From assembly GCF_964355755.1 (NCBI RefSeq), contig NC_092678.1, positions 15,977,881 to 16,041,880 of the forward strand: a stretch of DNA of 64,000 bases, read 5' to 3'. The translations under genes and the position numbers were made by a program. The stretch's first letter is position 1, and every line of letters begins with the position of its first letter. The notes under the pieces were generated by a model, which ran no database searches, was not told the DNA's origin, and saw only the letters and a list, made by a program, of their open reading frames with translations. Below are positions 25,420 to 39,425 of the stretch, one piece after another. This stretch comes from Antedon mediterranea (taxonomy: Eukaryota > Animalia > Echinodermata).

Positions 25420-26790
25420 AAAGAGTAAAATTTACAGCCAGTGTTAGTAGTAACATCTGGTTGAATGACAACATAGTAAACCCTAATACAATTTTCTGCG
25501 GAACAAACGACTTTGACCTAAAATAAAATCTGACGAATAATAACAAAATTACAAATGAAAAGCAATTAATATACCTCAGATTTATGAATAAGAACATCAA
25601 TTTTCGATAATTATAATTGAATAATTAAATCTCAATGTCATAGAAATCAAAAAAGTTGAAATAAAAATTAAAGTGTATAGCATGGTATAAATGTGGACCT
25701 CGACCATCAGTGAAGTAAACGGATAATATGTATTAGTCAATGGTGGACATGTATCTGTAGAAGAAGACGGTTACAGTAACAGTAAGGATGAGTTCTCATA
25801 CAATTCTCTCATTCGTGCCGATGAAAGTGATACGTCCTAAGCCCTCCTTACCACTACTGTAGTAACGAAGGGATAACGCTATATTATAGAGGAAGAAAAT
25901 AGCAGTATTTGATTTGTGACAATGAAATTATTACGTCATAAGTTTTCCTAACTACGAATGGATAAGGCTATATACGTGTAGGGCCTACGTACCACACTAC
26001 TGTAGATTTATTTATTTATTTTATGTTCGATCTTCCTACATAACAAAAAAACAAAACATAGGCCTATAGTATAACAGGATAGTAGCGGAAAAGCAAAAGT
26101 AATATAACTGTCATCTTGTGATGCGCTTGACCAGCCCCTGTCAACTAGAACGATAAAATAAAACCGAAATTATAACAATAAATATAAAAAAATACATAGA
26201 AAAATATGCTATTTATAAAATACTAATTAAAGTGTTAGAATATAAAAATAAAATTGCTATCAGAACATTTTATTTTAGGCCTATAAAAGTTAAAAATTCA
26301 AATGTATATTTGCATAACTTTCGTTTTATAAAATATGAAAAGTTACAAATCTATAAAATGTTACTTTAAACAGTGTTTAAACTTAATAAATCGACTCTCC
26401 AATAAGATCATTTATGATCGTAACAGAGTTTGGGAAACCGTACTATACCTGAGTATTTAAAAGCATCAGTACGGGCTCTACCATAATGAAATGTAAGTAT
26501 ATATTAATGTCGGTTATTAACTAAAAAAAGAACCAACAGAATCAACATAGATAACAGATGCCTCTCGTAGTTTCATTTTCCTTGATTGGCGAACGAAAAA
26601 GCATTCGTAATGTTTATGACGTATGCCGTCATATACTGTAATTTAATTATGATAATATTAGTTTCCTTTTGGTTAACTTTAGATGATGTTCATTTGAACA
26701 ATATCAACAGACAAACTAAACAAATACTTAAGTTGCAATTTGTTTAGGTTCACTCTCATTTTGACTTATTTCTTACTGGTGTTTTGGTGT
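25420..26790. repeat. Duplicated intron block paralogous to ~40510-42070, including a short LINE 3' remnant (~26005-26570)
   Basis: Long collinear similarity; near-identical spurious ORFs at 25418-25600 and 40484-40687. Confidence 0.85.
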
Positions 26791-27265
26791 GAAAGGTAAA
26801 ATCAAGCAACTCCGGAGTTCAAAACAGAGGAGTTGGACAGCTGAACAGTATCTGGATGTGTAGTTACCATATAGTAGTGGTGTAGTTACTTAAAGAATGG
26901 CATGATTTCTAAATTCAACATTGTCTGCTATACTGTATCTTCTGAATACAATTTTGTAATAATTATATAATATCTCATTTAATAAAATCAGTTATAATAA
27001 CAAAAATTACTGTAATAAAAGTGACGAATCCAAACAAACTACACACAGGAGCTTGTGTTAAATTAGTACATGTTTTATTTTATCATTATTAAGATACATT
27101 AATCATAATTTAAAAGTAAACATCGGGTTCGATTATTTTAGATTTAAATGAAAATTCTGCAATTGCAAAGGATCAACAACTAAAACGATCACAATAATAA
27201 TTGTGGTTATCTTACAAAGAAAATATACTATTTCAAAAATATGATAAACAAGAGCAAGCACTCAC

Positions 27266-27337
27266 AGTGTTGTCAATGATGTCAAACCATCAAACACATT
27301 TGCTGGTAATGTAGTTATTTCGTTACCGTACAGCCAC
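27266..27337 (-). CDS. 72-nt single-LRR exon (WLYGNEITTLPANVFDGLTSLTTL)
   Basis: ttttcAG acceptor and GTGAGT donor, 72 nt, open frame, LRR consensus. Confidence 0.87.
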
Positions 27338-29282
27338 CTGAAAACCGTTAAAAATGAAACAAATATTTATATGTATAGTATTGCCCCTTTTACACCGCCA
27401 GTAAAAATGCAATTGATCCGGAATTGTATAACCCGAGTCGTACCCGGGACGCAAAAATGCGGAAATGTAGGACAGTGTAAACGACGTAAAAAGTTACCAG
27501 GGTCGCTGAATTACCCGGGTAATTGATGCGGAATGTATTCAGCGTCAAGTCAACCCGGGACGCACCCAGGATGAACCTGTGTTTGCGGTGTAAAACGCTC
27601 AGTGTATCTTTACCCGTTTGTTTACTATCCTTGCTCACTATAGTATTTAATTTACATAAAATTAGGATAAGATTGATTTTGTTTATTCGCTTATTCAATA
27701 AATTAAACTTATGGTTATTTGTTATTCATTTTTATTTCAAGATAGTATTCTTCCCGAGTAGACTTAATTTGTGTGTGTATTGCCATAAAACAAAATTGTG
27801 GGAGGTATAATGAGCAGACCGTTACTATGGTGTCTCTTCATGCGTGAGAGGGCGATATTTCGATTGATTTAGAACATTTACACCACAGCTGTTTCAACTA
27901 GTGTTAAGATATCAGAAAAAGTAAAGCGCCCTCAGTGTTAGCAGACGACGCTCTCCGATCCGCGCGAACTTATGAATTTTGTACACAAACCATTATTTCG
28001 CGAACGCCAAATTAAATTTTGCTACCGTTAGTTTTTATGTAGAAAACACATTTTATATAAAACCAAACGATTAAAAAAGTTTATGTTCAATTAAAAAATC
28101 AATATTTTATTGTTTCTTTAATATAAATTAATAAATAAACGACGATATTGTCCATTTTACTGATATAATCTCCCACACATAAACCAGGAAGTCGATATAA
28201 ACTGTGTAATGAAATAGTAAACAATCGTAAGTATAAAATATCATTGTATTCTTAACTTATTTTTTTGATATAATTCATTTTTTTAGAAAAAGATCGAACT
28301 AGAATATAGGCCATCATTATTATATAAATAAAATAATACAAGTTATGTTAATATAGCCTGGTTCAGTTTTTAGTAAAACTCGCATATTTTGCAACCCCTT
28401 TATACATTGTTATTGTTATCGGCAAGAAAACGGTTTGGCGACAGGCTTAGAAAGTGCGTTGACGCCGGCGATAAACTTGACAGTAATGTGGGCCTAGGAT
28501 GAAGCTAGGCCCAAACATAGAAAATTCGTAGTAGTAAAACCTTTAATTATCCTAATCCTAAATTTAATCATTATAACTGTTATCAAATAATTAATGGCAT
28601 GTGTTTATAATAATAATTATTGCTTTTCTGGTGCATTTTTAGGCTAGCTGGTGTGACTGAGTGACAGTCATTACTGTAACTATACTACTATTATAGGCCT
28701 TTATAAAAATTACACATACAATTACAAATATATTTCACAGATAAGCTGCGGAGCTATTTTTATTTAAAATTTTTTATATTATATTTTATTTCATATACAG
28801 TAATGGAGTTTCACGAAAGGGCATTGAGTTCCCTTTGCTACTGTTGCGTGAAAAAATTTAAAATAAAAGATGTAAAGTACACTTTTCAATTCAATTCACA
28901 TTTATTTACTCATCGTTTATAAATACAGTTTCATAGCATAAATGATGGCAAGGATCCTGCATAGAGAAGTTTACACTTCTGTTTTTGCAGGACCCTTTTA
29001 CATAAAACAATAAACACAACATAATAGATACAAAATAAAAAAAAAACATTTCCTATATACATTTTAGAGTTGTTCATCATCAAAAAGCGATACTGTTTTT
29101 CTAACATGATTATTTATACATTTTGTATTAAAAAAGAAGATATTCAGTTTATTACTTCCAGTATACATGTGGATTCTTTCTATATATATTATAGCAAAAG
29201 TATGAACACATATAATATAAAACAGTCTATGTGTGTACACTCGCACACACCAACACAAATGCATAATATATGCATCTATATT

Positions 29283-32200
29283 TTATGAGTGAAATCTGTA
29301 ATTCGATAAAATGTCTCTTTTTACATATTTTTTTAGTATTTTATAATTGTTGTTAACAATATCTAAGTGATTTCTACAGAGCTCGTTCCATAGTTTCGGT
29401 CCGTGAATACTGATAAAATGTTGACCAGACGTTAACCTAGAGTATGGTTGTTTTACGCTACAAATATTTCGAAGATTATGGGTAGTATTTTCGTTTCTTT
29501 TGAATATCATTTGGATTCGTCTGGGTAAAACATTGCTTTTAATCTGGGCCATGAAACCTAGGTAACTCTGTTGATATCTTGTATGTTAAGTATATTTAAT
29601 TGCTTAAACAGTGGCTCAGAATGTTGCCATGGCTTTTTAAATAAAATTATTCTAGCAGCCTTTTTCTGGAGTTTAAGAAGGGATTCTAGTGTACTATCAT
29701 ATGTACTGCCCCAAATAATGTTTCCATACTGAAGGTGCGGTAGAATTAATGTATTATACAAATTTGTTAAATTATAATTAGGAAAAAAATGTCTAGTTTT
29801 TATCAATATTCCAATAGACCTAGCGGTTTTTTTGCTAATAAGCCTTATATGATTTTTCCAGCAAAGGTTCTCATTTATTACAACCCCAAGAAATGTTACA
29901 TTTTTTTGTTGTTCTAAAGTAATGTTATTCATTTTCAATTCAATGTTGGTTGTAATAATACGCCTTTGGGCAGTTTTAAAGATTACGTAATTTGTTTTGC
30001 TGGTGTTTAATAAAAGTTTATTAGCTTTGAACCACATATTAATTCTATCTAGTTCCACATTCATAGTGTTTGCCAATGCGTTCAGGTTATTTCCACACTT
30101 GAATCCTGTTGTATCATCGGCAAAGCTAATTAATTCAATTTGTGTACTTGAGTTACATATATCGTTTACATATACAAGAAACAACAAAGGTCCCAAAACG
30201 GACCCTTGTGGAACACCAATACTAGTCTCCTTAATATTAGACGAAGTACCATTTATAAAAACATATTGCTTTCGTGATTTTAAGTAGTTACTGAACCATT
30301 TTAGTGTAACACCTCTTATACCATAGTGGAATAGCTTGTTCAGTAATATACTGTGGTCAATAATATCAAATGCCTTTGACAAATCCATAAATGTGGCAAT
30401 TACGAACTCTTTGTTTTCAAATGCCTTTAGTATTTTGTGGATCAGATCAATTATAGCGTGGGAGGTTGAATGATTGTTTCGGAAGCCGTATTGCCAATCA
30501 TTTAGTATATTGTAAGTTTTAAAGTAATTATACAATCTGGAATGGACTATCTTTTCAAAGATTTTAGAGAAAATTGGTAGTAGTGATATCGGGCGATAAT
30601 TCGAGGCTAAATGACGGTCCCCTTTTTTGTATATGGGAATTACTTTTGCAATTTTTATCTGTTCCGGTATTGAGCCGGAGTGAAGAGATACGTTAAATAT
30701 ATAAGTCAAGGGCTTTACAATAGCATCACCAACTGCCTTGACTACCTTTGGTGAAATATCATCAAAACCAGGTGTTTTGTTTGCATCAAGTGATTGAATC
30801 ACTTTTAACACTTCCTCCTCATTTACATGGTAGAAAAACATAGAGTTACTTTGCCTGTTTAGCAGGTAATCAGAGTATTGTGCCGTTGATGGCTCAATAC
30901 TGTCTCGTACCTTGAGACCAACATTAATAAAATAATCGTTAATGTGGTTTGCAATAGGCTCACAACCCTCTATGAGTTTGTCACCATATGTAAAAGTGGA
31001 TGGAACATTATTTTTGCCTCCACCTGGATTTATAATATCATTTATAATATTCCATGTTTTTTTTTATTTCCTTTAGTATTGTTAAAAACATTTTCATAAT
31101 ATGATTTCTTTGCCTTTTTGCATGTACGCATAAATGACTTATTAAACTCTTTATAAATATCCTTATTTTTAGACGAGGGATGTTTTATAAATTTGTTGTA
31201 CAACACATGTTTTCTTTTGCTAGACTTTAAGAGTCTTGAGTTCATCCATGGTTGTTTGAACTTTTTATACTTTTTGTGATTTTCTTGAACTTTTTTTTTT
31301 TTTCAAGTTTTTATTATATAATTTTTTGAAAGTGTTGATAAAAGCATTGTAAGCATCATCAGCGTTTGTCCTTACATATACATCAGCCCAATCAACAGGT
31401 AATAAGTCATTATATAGTTTATTTATATTTCTTTCGTTTATTGCATATTTATGAGGTTCTATATTACCGGTTTTTACTTTAATATGTTTGTCGGGCACGG
31501 AGTGGATAATTTGGTATACCGGTAAATGATCAGATATGTCTGAGATTAGTATACCAGATAACATTTGTTCAGAAAGTGTGTTGGAGAAAATGTTATCAAT
31601 TACTGAAGATGTGTTGTTTTGTATTCTAGTGGGTCTTGAAATCGATGGGTAGTAGGAATGCGACATCATTACTTCTAGAAAATTATTTACAAAATCAGTC
31701 GATGCATGCTTAAGTAAATTAATGTTAAAATCACCCATAATGTGGCATGATTTTCCCTCGATATCAATAGTATTAAGAATATCGTCTAGTGATCTAATAA
31801 AAAGTTCTATATTCGAATCGGGAGGTCTATATATTATACCAACAATCGTATTGTTACATTTTTTTTCAATTATTTCAATAAAAATACATTCACAAGATTC
31901 AATAAATAGATCTTTTCTTTCTTTTATGTCAATTGTAGCAGAAACAAACATACCAACTCCCCCTCCTTTACGGTTCTTCCTATCTAATGCGAGGAAGTCA
32001 TAGCTCGGTAAATATGGTTTGCACGATGTATTGTTTAACCATGTTTCCGATATACCAATAACTGTAAAGGGGTGGTTGATTAAGTTTAAGTATGTAGTTA
32101 GTTCATCAATGTGTTTATTGATGCTTCGAATATTATAGTGAAGAAATGAGTAGCCAATATTTTTTAATTTCTTCACAGATTCATTCAAGTCATATGGACT

Positions 32201-32362
32201 CATATAAGAACATGTCTCAATAGCATTTAGCTTGTTTCTGAGACTATATTCAATGAATTCGTCATGGTCATTATTACCATTATCAATAGATATTGGATTA
32301 AATAGTATATCCATTGGATTTGATATTTCGTTTTCATCACCGTTATTTTTATTGTTATCCAT
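29283..32362 (-). pseudogene. CR1-group ORF2 (APE + RT), broken by homopolymer frameshifts and one stop
   Basis: Motifs NIRSI, ISETWL, GDFN, SDHLP, DLSKAFD, GVPQGSVLGP and FADD across four ORF pieces; breaks at T runs near 31060 and 31300, stop at 29558. Confidence 0.9.
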
Positions 32363-32491
32363 GCTTTGATTTTGTATGTTTATTGATTGTATTTGTCTAT
32401 AAAAAACTATTTTAATTAATATAATTTATGATACTATGCTTATGTCTACTGCTTAATTTCAGTTACAATAACTTTCTGAATTTGTGTTACC

Positions 32492-34051
32492 TTACAATTG
32501 TTGAAATTTGTGGTAACGTGGTCTACCTCTTCCTGTGTTAGCTTTTCTGCGAGATAGACCTAGAACGTTTTCAACTTTGTATCTGACATTACTGGCCAAT
32601 AGGCTGGTGCCTCCATCTGATAGATGGTATCCATCAGGTGCTAGAAGTTTGTCGACCAGCTCGCCGTTTCGTAAGAAGTTGCTATTGTCGCAGAATGTTA
32701 GGTTTGGTATTTTTTCTGTGCGTATCTTGTGCTTTATACATGAGTTTGCTATTTCAACTCTGAAATTTAGTGGGCCTGCTCGTGGTAAGCCAAGTGATAT
32801 CAAACATTTAGTGTCTGGATGTTTTGTGGCATACTCACTGACTGTGTTGTATAGCGTTTCTGCGCACTTTTCTGGAGCTGATTCCTTTACAGAGTTAGTT
32901 ATTTCGTGGATTACTATACAGTCAAGTGTTTCGTGTATTCCATCGAGTGCATTTCCAATTTGGTCATTAGTGTATGCGTGTGTAATGCTTACATCTGCTT
33001 TTGGTAAAATACGACTTGCTTCGACTTTTTTTAAGTGCAAATTTCCTAATAGTAATACAGATGGTTTCTTGCTTTCGTAGGCTCGATGTGTGTCATTATT
33101 TTTCATTAGACTTTCTGCATACGACAATTTCTGACTGTCTTTTTTTGAGTTAACAGTTTGGAAGTCTGATGCGTCGATGGCTACCTGGGTTCGTTTTGCT
33201 TCGTACGCGTACTCCCTTGCTTTTTCTGTTTCGTGTATTGCTGTCTGTAGTTTGTCCTGGAGATTTGTTATTTGTTTATCTTTCTGCAGGATCATATCGT
33301 TGTTTCGCTTGACATCTATGAAAGAATTAGCTGTTAGTTTGTTTTCTCTTTCTGTTTTATTGATTTTTTCTTTCATTTTTTCCATTTCTACCCTTATTTC
33401 TTGTAGGCCGGTAGCGTTGGGTTGTCTGTTGTTTTCTGTGTACTTTAGCTCCTGTCTTAGGAGTTTTATTTCAGCCTTTAGTTTGGTGTTTTCAATGAGG
33501 ATGTTGTTACTTTCTTTTAGTTCATGTCGCAGACATTCTATTTCTTTTTTCATTGACTCACTGTTTATGAGAAGTTGTTTTTTTTCCTGGGTCTTGGTCA
33601 CTTCATTGGTTGAATCAGGTTTCTTTTTGGTCAGCCTTTCATCAATATATCTTAAACGTTGGTCAAATACTAAGATAGTCTCTGTTAGAGTTGATAGTAT
33701 GCTAGGAATACGTTTGCACACTAAGCATATCCATGGGCCTTTTTTTCCTTTTGCGTCTGCACATGTCCTGTGGTACTGCTTTGAACAAAGAGTACATGCT
33801 ATTGTGTTTTCGTTTTTTCCTGTTGAATCACACCCTGCTATACATTCTATTGTGCCTCTTTCTTCCACAAGATATTGTTCAAGTTTATTTTTAACTGGAT
33901 TTTGTGTGGTAGAGACCGGTGACAGTATCGGAGGCGATTTCGTTGAGTTGTTGTAAACAGGATCTGGAGAAACCGGTGATAATACCGGGGGCGATTTCAT
34001 TGATTGAAATAATTCAATCAAGTCAGCGCTATCATTTGGTGACAATGCCAT
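32492..34051 (-). CDS. CR1-type ORF1: PHD finger + coiled coil + SGNH/GDSL esterase-like domain
   Basis: CIAGC..CTLC..HRTC..WICLVC PHD pattern; long heptad region; VLLLGNLH, ITN and DGYHLS esterase blocks. Confidence 0.85.
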   Translation of the reverse strand: MALSPNDSADLIELFQSMKSPPVLSPVSPDPVYNNSTKSPPILSPVSTTQNPVKNKLEQYLVEERGTIECIAGCDSTGKNENTIACTLCSKQYHRTCADAKGKKGPWICLVCKRIPSILSTLTETILVFDQRLRYIDERLTKKKPDSTNEVTKTQEKKQLLINSESMKKEIECLRHELKESNNILIENTKLKAEIKLLRQELKYTENNRQPNATGLQEIRVEMEKMKEKINKTERENKLTANSFIDVKRNNDMILQKDKQITNLQDKLQTAIHETEKAREYAYEAKRTQVAIDASDFQTVNSKKDSQKLSYAESLMKNNDTHRAYESKKPSVLLLGNLHLKKVEASRILPKADVSITHAYTNDQIGNALDGIHETLDCIVIHEITNSVKESAPEKCAETLYNTVSEYATKHPDTKCLISLGLPRAGPLNFRVEIANSCIKHKIRTEKIPNLTFCDNSNFLRNGELVDKLLAPDGYHLSDGGTSLLASNVRYKVENVLGLSRRKANTGRGRPRYHKFQQL

Positions 34052-37000
34052 TGTTTGTGCTTGCTTAGGTGTGACGACCGCGTTTGGATTTGAACCTTGA
34101 CGATCAAGATTATGTTGTTCAAATTAAGTAAAGCTTTAGAAAAAAACTCAGTTACAGCACTTTTTTGTATATAAAATAGTATTTTAGACGGTCGTATAAC
34201 AATCAGCACTAGTTGAGTTGTAGTTTGCTTTGTAGACGATATAATAAATCGCGAAGTTTAAGCCTATGCAATACGTAGTCCACCGTACAATAGGCCTACT
34301 TGGCTCGTCTTGGTTGGCGTCCCTAGTTACCGGTGGGTTGCAACCAATGTACTTGTGGCGCGAAGGCCTAGCTGATCAAGATTTTGAGAAGAATGGTTTT
34401 GACTTACAAATTATAGATTTTTGTCGTTTTCTTCAATCAATAACGATTTTTTGTTAGTTTATGCGCTGTTTCACGTCAAATATATCCAAAAAAGCCGGAA
34501 ATTAGTCCCTTTTAGAGTCGGTTTGGTGTAGAGAAAAAAAATCGGATCTTTGCTGTGTGACGCCACCCTTATGAATATAATTTGGATCCAAATCTTAAGT
34601 GGCTATGTGGAAGCTGTCACGTTAGCGCACTTGGTGGACACAACATAACACCATTTAATTTCAAAGACCATGGAGACAAATGCTTAGCGTGCTACTTATT
34701 CAGTCAACAATCAAGACCTGGTCGAAGGCTGAAGAAATGCAAGTTTCCCGAAAACAGAAGCAATACTACTGGCAGTTTTATTCCCACTCATGAGCACTTG
34801 CTACTAAATCCTCAATTTAAATTTTTTAAAAATTACGATAATCAAGTGTATGAATGTCAGATATGCAATAATGTGTCAACATTTTTTTTGTACATTTTGC
34901 ATAAACAAATTTTTTAAGGCAGTAGGACGAGAATCAATTGATTGTTTTAACTGCAGCCAAATTATCAGTAACAAAGATCTCAAACCAGTTCCACTTATTG
35001 TAGAACACTCACTTAAATAGTCCCTTTGCAATGCAAACAATGTAAAATTCAATTAGTTTGGTCAGAAACCCCCAATCATGTTTGCAAAACGTTTAAAGAA
35101 CAGGCATTCACCAAAATTTTAAGTGCAGTTGAAGAAATTACATGTACTGCCCAAACAAATGAGGTTTGGCCAAAAGAATTGAAAAGCATGGCACACAACA
35201 TAGTACGGAAAGACTTTATGAATAATAAGAAAGTGTCACTTATGACTCGAGGACGGGTGAGTTTTTTAACCCATTACAATTAATTTAAATTTATCATAAT
35301 GTAAGCCTACACTCTGGATTCACTCATTATACATTATTATTTGATAAAATCATACAAATATTTTATTTGATCAAATTCAGCCAATAAACATTGTTAAACA
35401 ATCAGAGTGCACAACAACTGTTAGTGTTACCAGTACTGAAGAGAAAATGGACCCCCAAAGATGTTTGGAAATCATGAATGCCTGCCGCATAAATTGGAGC
35501 CAGCAACGAGCACTGCGGAGGTAATTTATTTTATTATTGCTTTTCGTGTCGGGTATGTGGACCTCCGTCGGGCCACACAGCCACTGTTTACTATTATTCA
35601 GTCAACAGTTTACTTTTTTTTTAATTGAATTTAGAATACTATAGAAAACTATAAAAACTATAATTAATCAGTACTGTATATATTTTGGCTTCTGAAAGAC
35701 AAATGCGCATTTGCCAAGAACAGATTATCGGTGATCACATAGTAGATTCTATGGAATACATGTTTGTCAAACGAGATGGAGCCACATCTAAAGGAGGTCT
35801 TGTTTTAGAGGAGGTTGCAGTAGTCCGACTAACCAAAATCAAAGAACTAATCTATGACTACCTAAACAAATATGATATGTATGTAACATTTTTTGTTGTT
35901 ATTTTTAAACAAACCTATTTCATACATCAGTACTGTATTATTGGCACAAATTATATATACTATAATATATCGCATGTGGTATAAATATAAGAATAAAATA
36001 ATTACAAATCTAGTCAGGGAAGACTTAAATTATATTTAATTTTGTAACAAGCAATTTTAAATTTTGTAGGTCTGATGAATTGAACTTCTTCAAAGATGGA
36101 GACATATTTCTCAAGTTTGGAGGAGACAAGGGTGGTGATACCACTAAATTTGAAGTTCAAATTTGCAGTTTACCTAAACCCAAGGCACTGCACAATATTA
36201 TTGTCATTTTGGCATTCCAAGCACCAGATTTTATAGTTAATGTCGAAAAAGGCTTGAAACTGGTTCTTGATGAAGTCATGGATTTAGATGGAAACCAGTG
36301 GACCTCACCAAAGACCAAAAAGTAATATTAAATACAGTAGTATAATATTGGAATGAGTAACACTGACTTAAGTATATAGCAGAGCTACATAATTATAATA
36401 TGCAACTTAATTTGAAAATGTTACATAATTTGTATATCTTTAATTATGATTAATGTAATTAATTAGAATTCATGGTAATTGAATGAAAATAACTACTCAT
36501 TTTACAGAACTCACAATATCCGCCTATTTTTTTGGGGGGATTATGATTTTTTATCAAAGGTATATGGACTTGTTGGCCCAAATGGTAAGTACAATTTCCA
36601 GTTTCAATACAATTTTTTTTTATATTTTGGCTATTAGCTCTCATTGTTTGGCATTTGTTACACAAAACTGAAGTACTATATATATTATGTAGATTTAAAA
36701 ATTGATTTTTTTAAAGGAAAGTACAGTTGCATCTATTTTTTTTGTAATCAAGATGACATTAGAACCAACAATGTTCCTCAAGCCTGTAGATGTCTCAAGA
36801 CCTACAATCGTGACTACAAGTCTTTTGTAGACCATGGGAGTGACAAAAAAAAAAGCAAAACAATATCGCACAGCGTTGTTAGGCCATACCTGGTAGACAT
36901 CGAATTAAACAGGGTAGGTAAATAATCATAACAGCACAGGTCCCCAGTGTTTATGTTAGGTTAAATTCAAAATTAATTAAAATCTCAATTTAGAAAGTTT

Positions 37001-38879
37001 AATACACACTCCAAACAATGAAATGTGTGTTTGTACTTCCATATTAAATAACAATGTTAGTATAAAATAACTGTCAAAACAAACAATTGTTACAGTAATT
37101 TATAAATATACCTCTTTATAAATATTTCCTCAACTATTTTTCCAGGTGTCAATACCAGCATTACACATTTCTCTTGGGTTGTTTAAGAAACTCTATGATA
37201 TGCTGGAAAAAGACGTGCACAATCTTGATGTTATAATTTTTAACATGCGACAGGATGGTGACATCTTGACTGGTAACTTCAAATGTTGTTTCAACTTTAC
37301 ATTGACATTAAATAAACTCAATTGGTCAAGTTGCTTTTTAAATATACAATGTCTCTTTCAGCATAGAATTCAGTAAATTTCGAAATTGTTTATCCTGTTT
37401 TTATGCATAATAAACAAACCTTTGGCTGAAACTTATTTTTCTATGAATTATCCATATTATCATTAACATTTTTTAAATATACTAATTTTGATGCTCATTT
37501 TTGATGCAGATTGAAATTTATTTGATTGACCAATATTGTTTAATCTCAGGTGATCATCTAGCAGACTTTTAGAAAAGCATATCAGAAGCTGCAGCGCATC
37601 GAAATGCTACAATGATTAAAATCCAGTCTTTAGAAGAGAATCTTGAGGATTTAAGAAACGAGCTCTCAGTGTCACTTGTGACAAAACAGCATAACAAGAT
37701 TGCAGAGATTGCAGAGACTGGCCACAGAATAAATCTGAAAGAACAAGAGGTCAAAGACTTGGTCAGTACTACAGTATACACCTTTAACATTTAAAATTAT
37801 GTCTAAAATATACAATACTATAAAAATTAATGCTATATTTCTTTTATATTTATATAGCGAAGTACTATGAAACAAGAGATAAAATTTGGAACTGGACCTC
37901 TATGTACAAAAATGGACGAGGTGTTGAGGAAGAATAAAATTCCTCGACAGCAGTACCACGGAAAGAGTTTTGTGGGAAACCATGTATACAGAGCATGCAA
38001 AGTGAGTAACTAAAATTTCTAAAATGTGAAGTTCGTTAATTTTTACACAGCAAAATAAGTAATAAAATTAAGAATTATTTGCGATTGACTCTCGCCATAC
38101 TGTAAATGTATTATTTTAAACTATTCATTTTATTTTTAGTTCAACATCATAGAAAAGCTCATGGATGGTGTCTCAATGACTTTAAAGCAACAGATACATC
38201 ACTGTCCTACAAACTGTAAGCAACTGCTTGAAACAAAATTGCACAAGATACAGGAATCATTTACACCTGTATTCAAAACCTTTACTAATGTCCATGAATG
38301 CATAAACCATACGAGGCGCATCACTGATTCAGAAATAGATCAATATGGTAAGCAAAAACTGATGACCAAATTATGTGAATTTTGTCTGGTTTTATTTATT
38401 CTTAATGTGTGATTAATTTCTTCAAACATCTGTATAATTTAAATTCTCATTTATAAACTTTCTTGTTACATTAAAATTTAATTCATGTTTTTTTGTCATT
38501 TCAAAAGACAATACATCTTTCAAATAAAATGTTAAAATTTTTTTCACAAAACAGAAACCTACATACAACTGTTCTCCAAAGAATACAGACGCATCGCTCC
38601 AAATGTGATTCAACCAAAATTGCACATGTTGGAGCACCACACAATACCGTTCATGAGAGAATGGAGAGTAGGAGTTGGACTCTTAGCTGAGCAAGGCGTC
38701 GAATTAATCCACTCTGAATTTAATCGCCGGAAAAGGGCGGTATATGGATTAAAGAGCAACCTCGACCAGCTTATGTCAATCATGAAGTCACATCTGACTT
38801 TTATTTCACCCGAGATCCAGCATGAGGTGACTAGGCCCAAGTGCAAAAAAGTTGAGGAATAGTTTGCTATTTCTCACTC

Positions 38880-39425
38880 ACTTAATTGTTACAGTATTGT
38901 ACATATTATGAATGGTAGTGGTTTTTTTGTTATTGCCAGAACAATGATTTTGGAAATATTAACAAATGGTATATGAATTGTAATTGAATTTTTTGGAAGT
39001 TATTTTATTTTAATTTGGTTTTAAGAAATTGATTGATAACGGAAATTGATGTTATTTACTGATTCAGATTTTGATTGCATATCAAAATAAGAATAAATAA
39101 ATATACAATACAAATATGAAAGAAATATACATTTGTTGTAATTAATTGTTACAGTATTGTATATTATGTACAGTATACTGTATGACTGGTAGTGTTTTTT
39201 TTTATTGCTAGAACAATGGTTTTGGAAATATTAACAAATGGTATATGAATTGTAATTGAATTTTTTGAATGTTATTTTATATTAATGTGGTTTTAATATA
39301 TTAATTGATTGATAACGGAAATTGATGTTATTTACTGATTCAGATTTTGATTGCATATCAAAATACTGTATTAATAATAAATATACAATACAAATATGAA
39401 AGAAATATACATTTGTTATAATTAA
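38880..39425. repeat. Direct duplication of ~270 bp downstream of the transposase
   Basis: ttaattgttacagtattgt...atacatttgtt occurs at ~38882 and ~39142. Confidence 0.85.

Larger units (their letters stand above)
28885..34568 (-). mobile_element. Full-length CR1-group LINE inserted in the first coding exon of the transposase
   Basis: (TTGAA)n tail at ~28885-28898, ORF2, ORF1, and a ~500-bp 5' UTR ending at ~34568, where the transposase frame resumes. Confidence 0.9.
28803..38862 (+). pseudogene. Spliced RAG1-like/Chapaev transposase, inactivated by a CR1 insertion, frameshifts and stops
   Basis: Coding pieces (approx.): 28803-28886, 34570-35256, 35381-35520, 35635-35878, 36070-36321, 36508-36584, 36717-36913, 37146-37272, 37550-37762, 37858-38002, 38140-38347, 38555-38862, mostly with phase-consistent GT-AG introns. 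Motifs in order: HERALSSLCYCC, CGSC..HGDKCLAC, RING (CQIC..CQHFFCTFC..CFNC), RGR|P, GGDKGG, GDYDFLSKVYGLVGPNG, PALHISLG, FVGNH, KLHMLEHH..AEQGVELIH. Confidence 0.85.

Noticed and set aside
27263-27269. Perfect RSS heptamer CACAGTG at LRR exon boundaries (also 43816-43822)
   Set aside because: It is the reverse complement of the last codons plus the GTG splice donor. It is not conserved at 1199 or 24872, and there is no nonamer at 12 or 23 bp.
32535-33956. Long plus-strand ORFs (181 and 259 aa)
   Set aside because: Antisense shadows of the CR1 ORF1, with no recognisable motifs.
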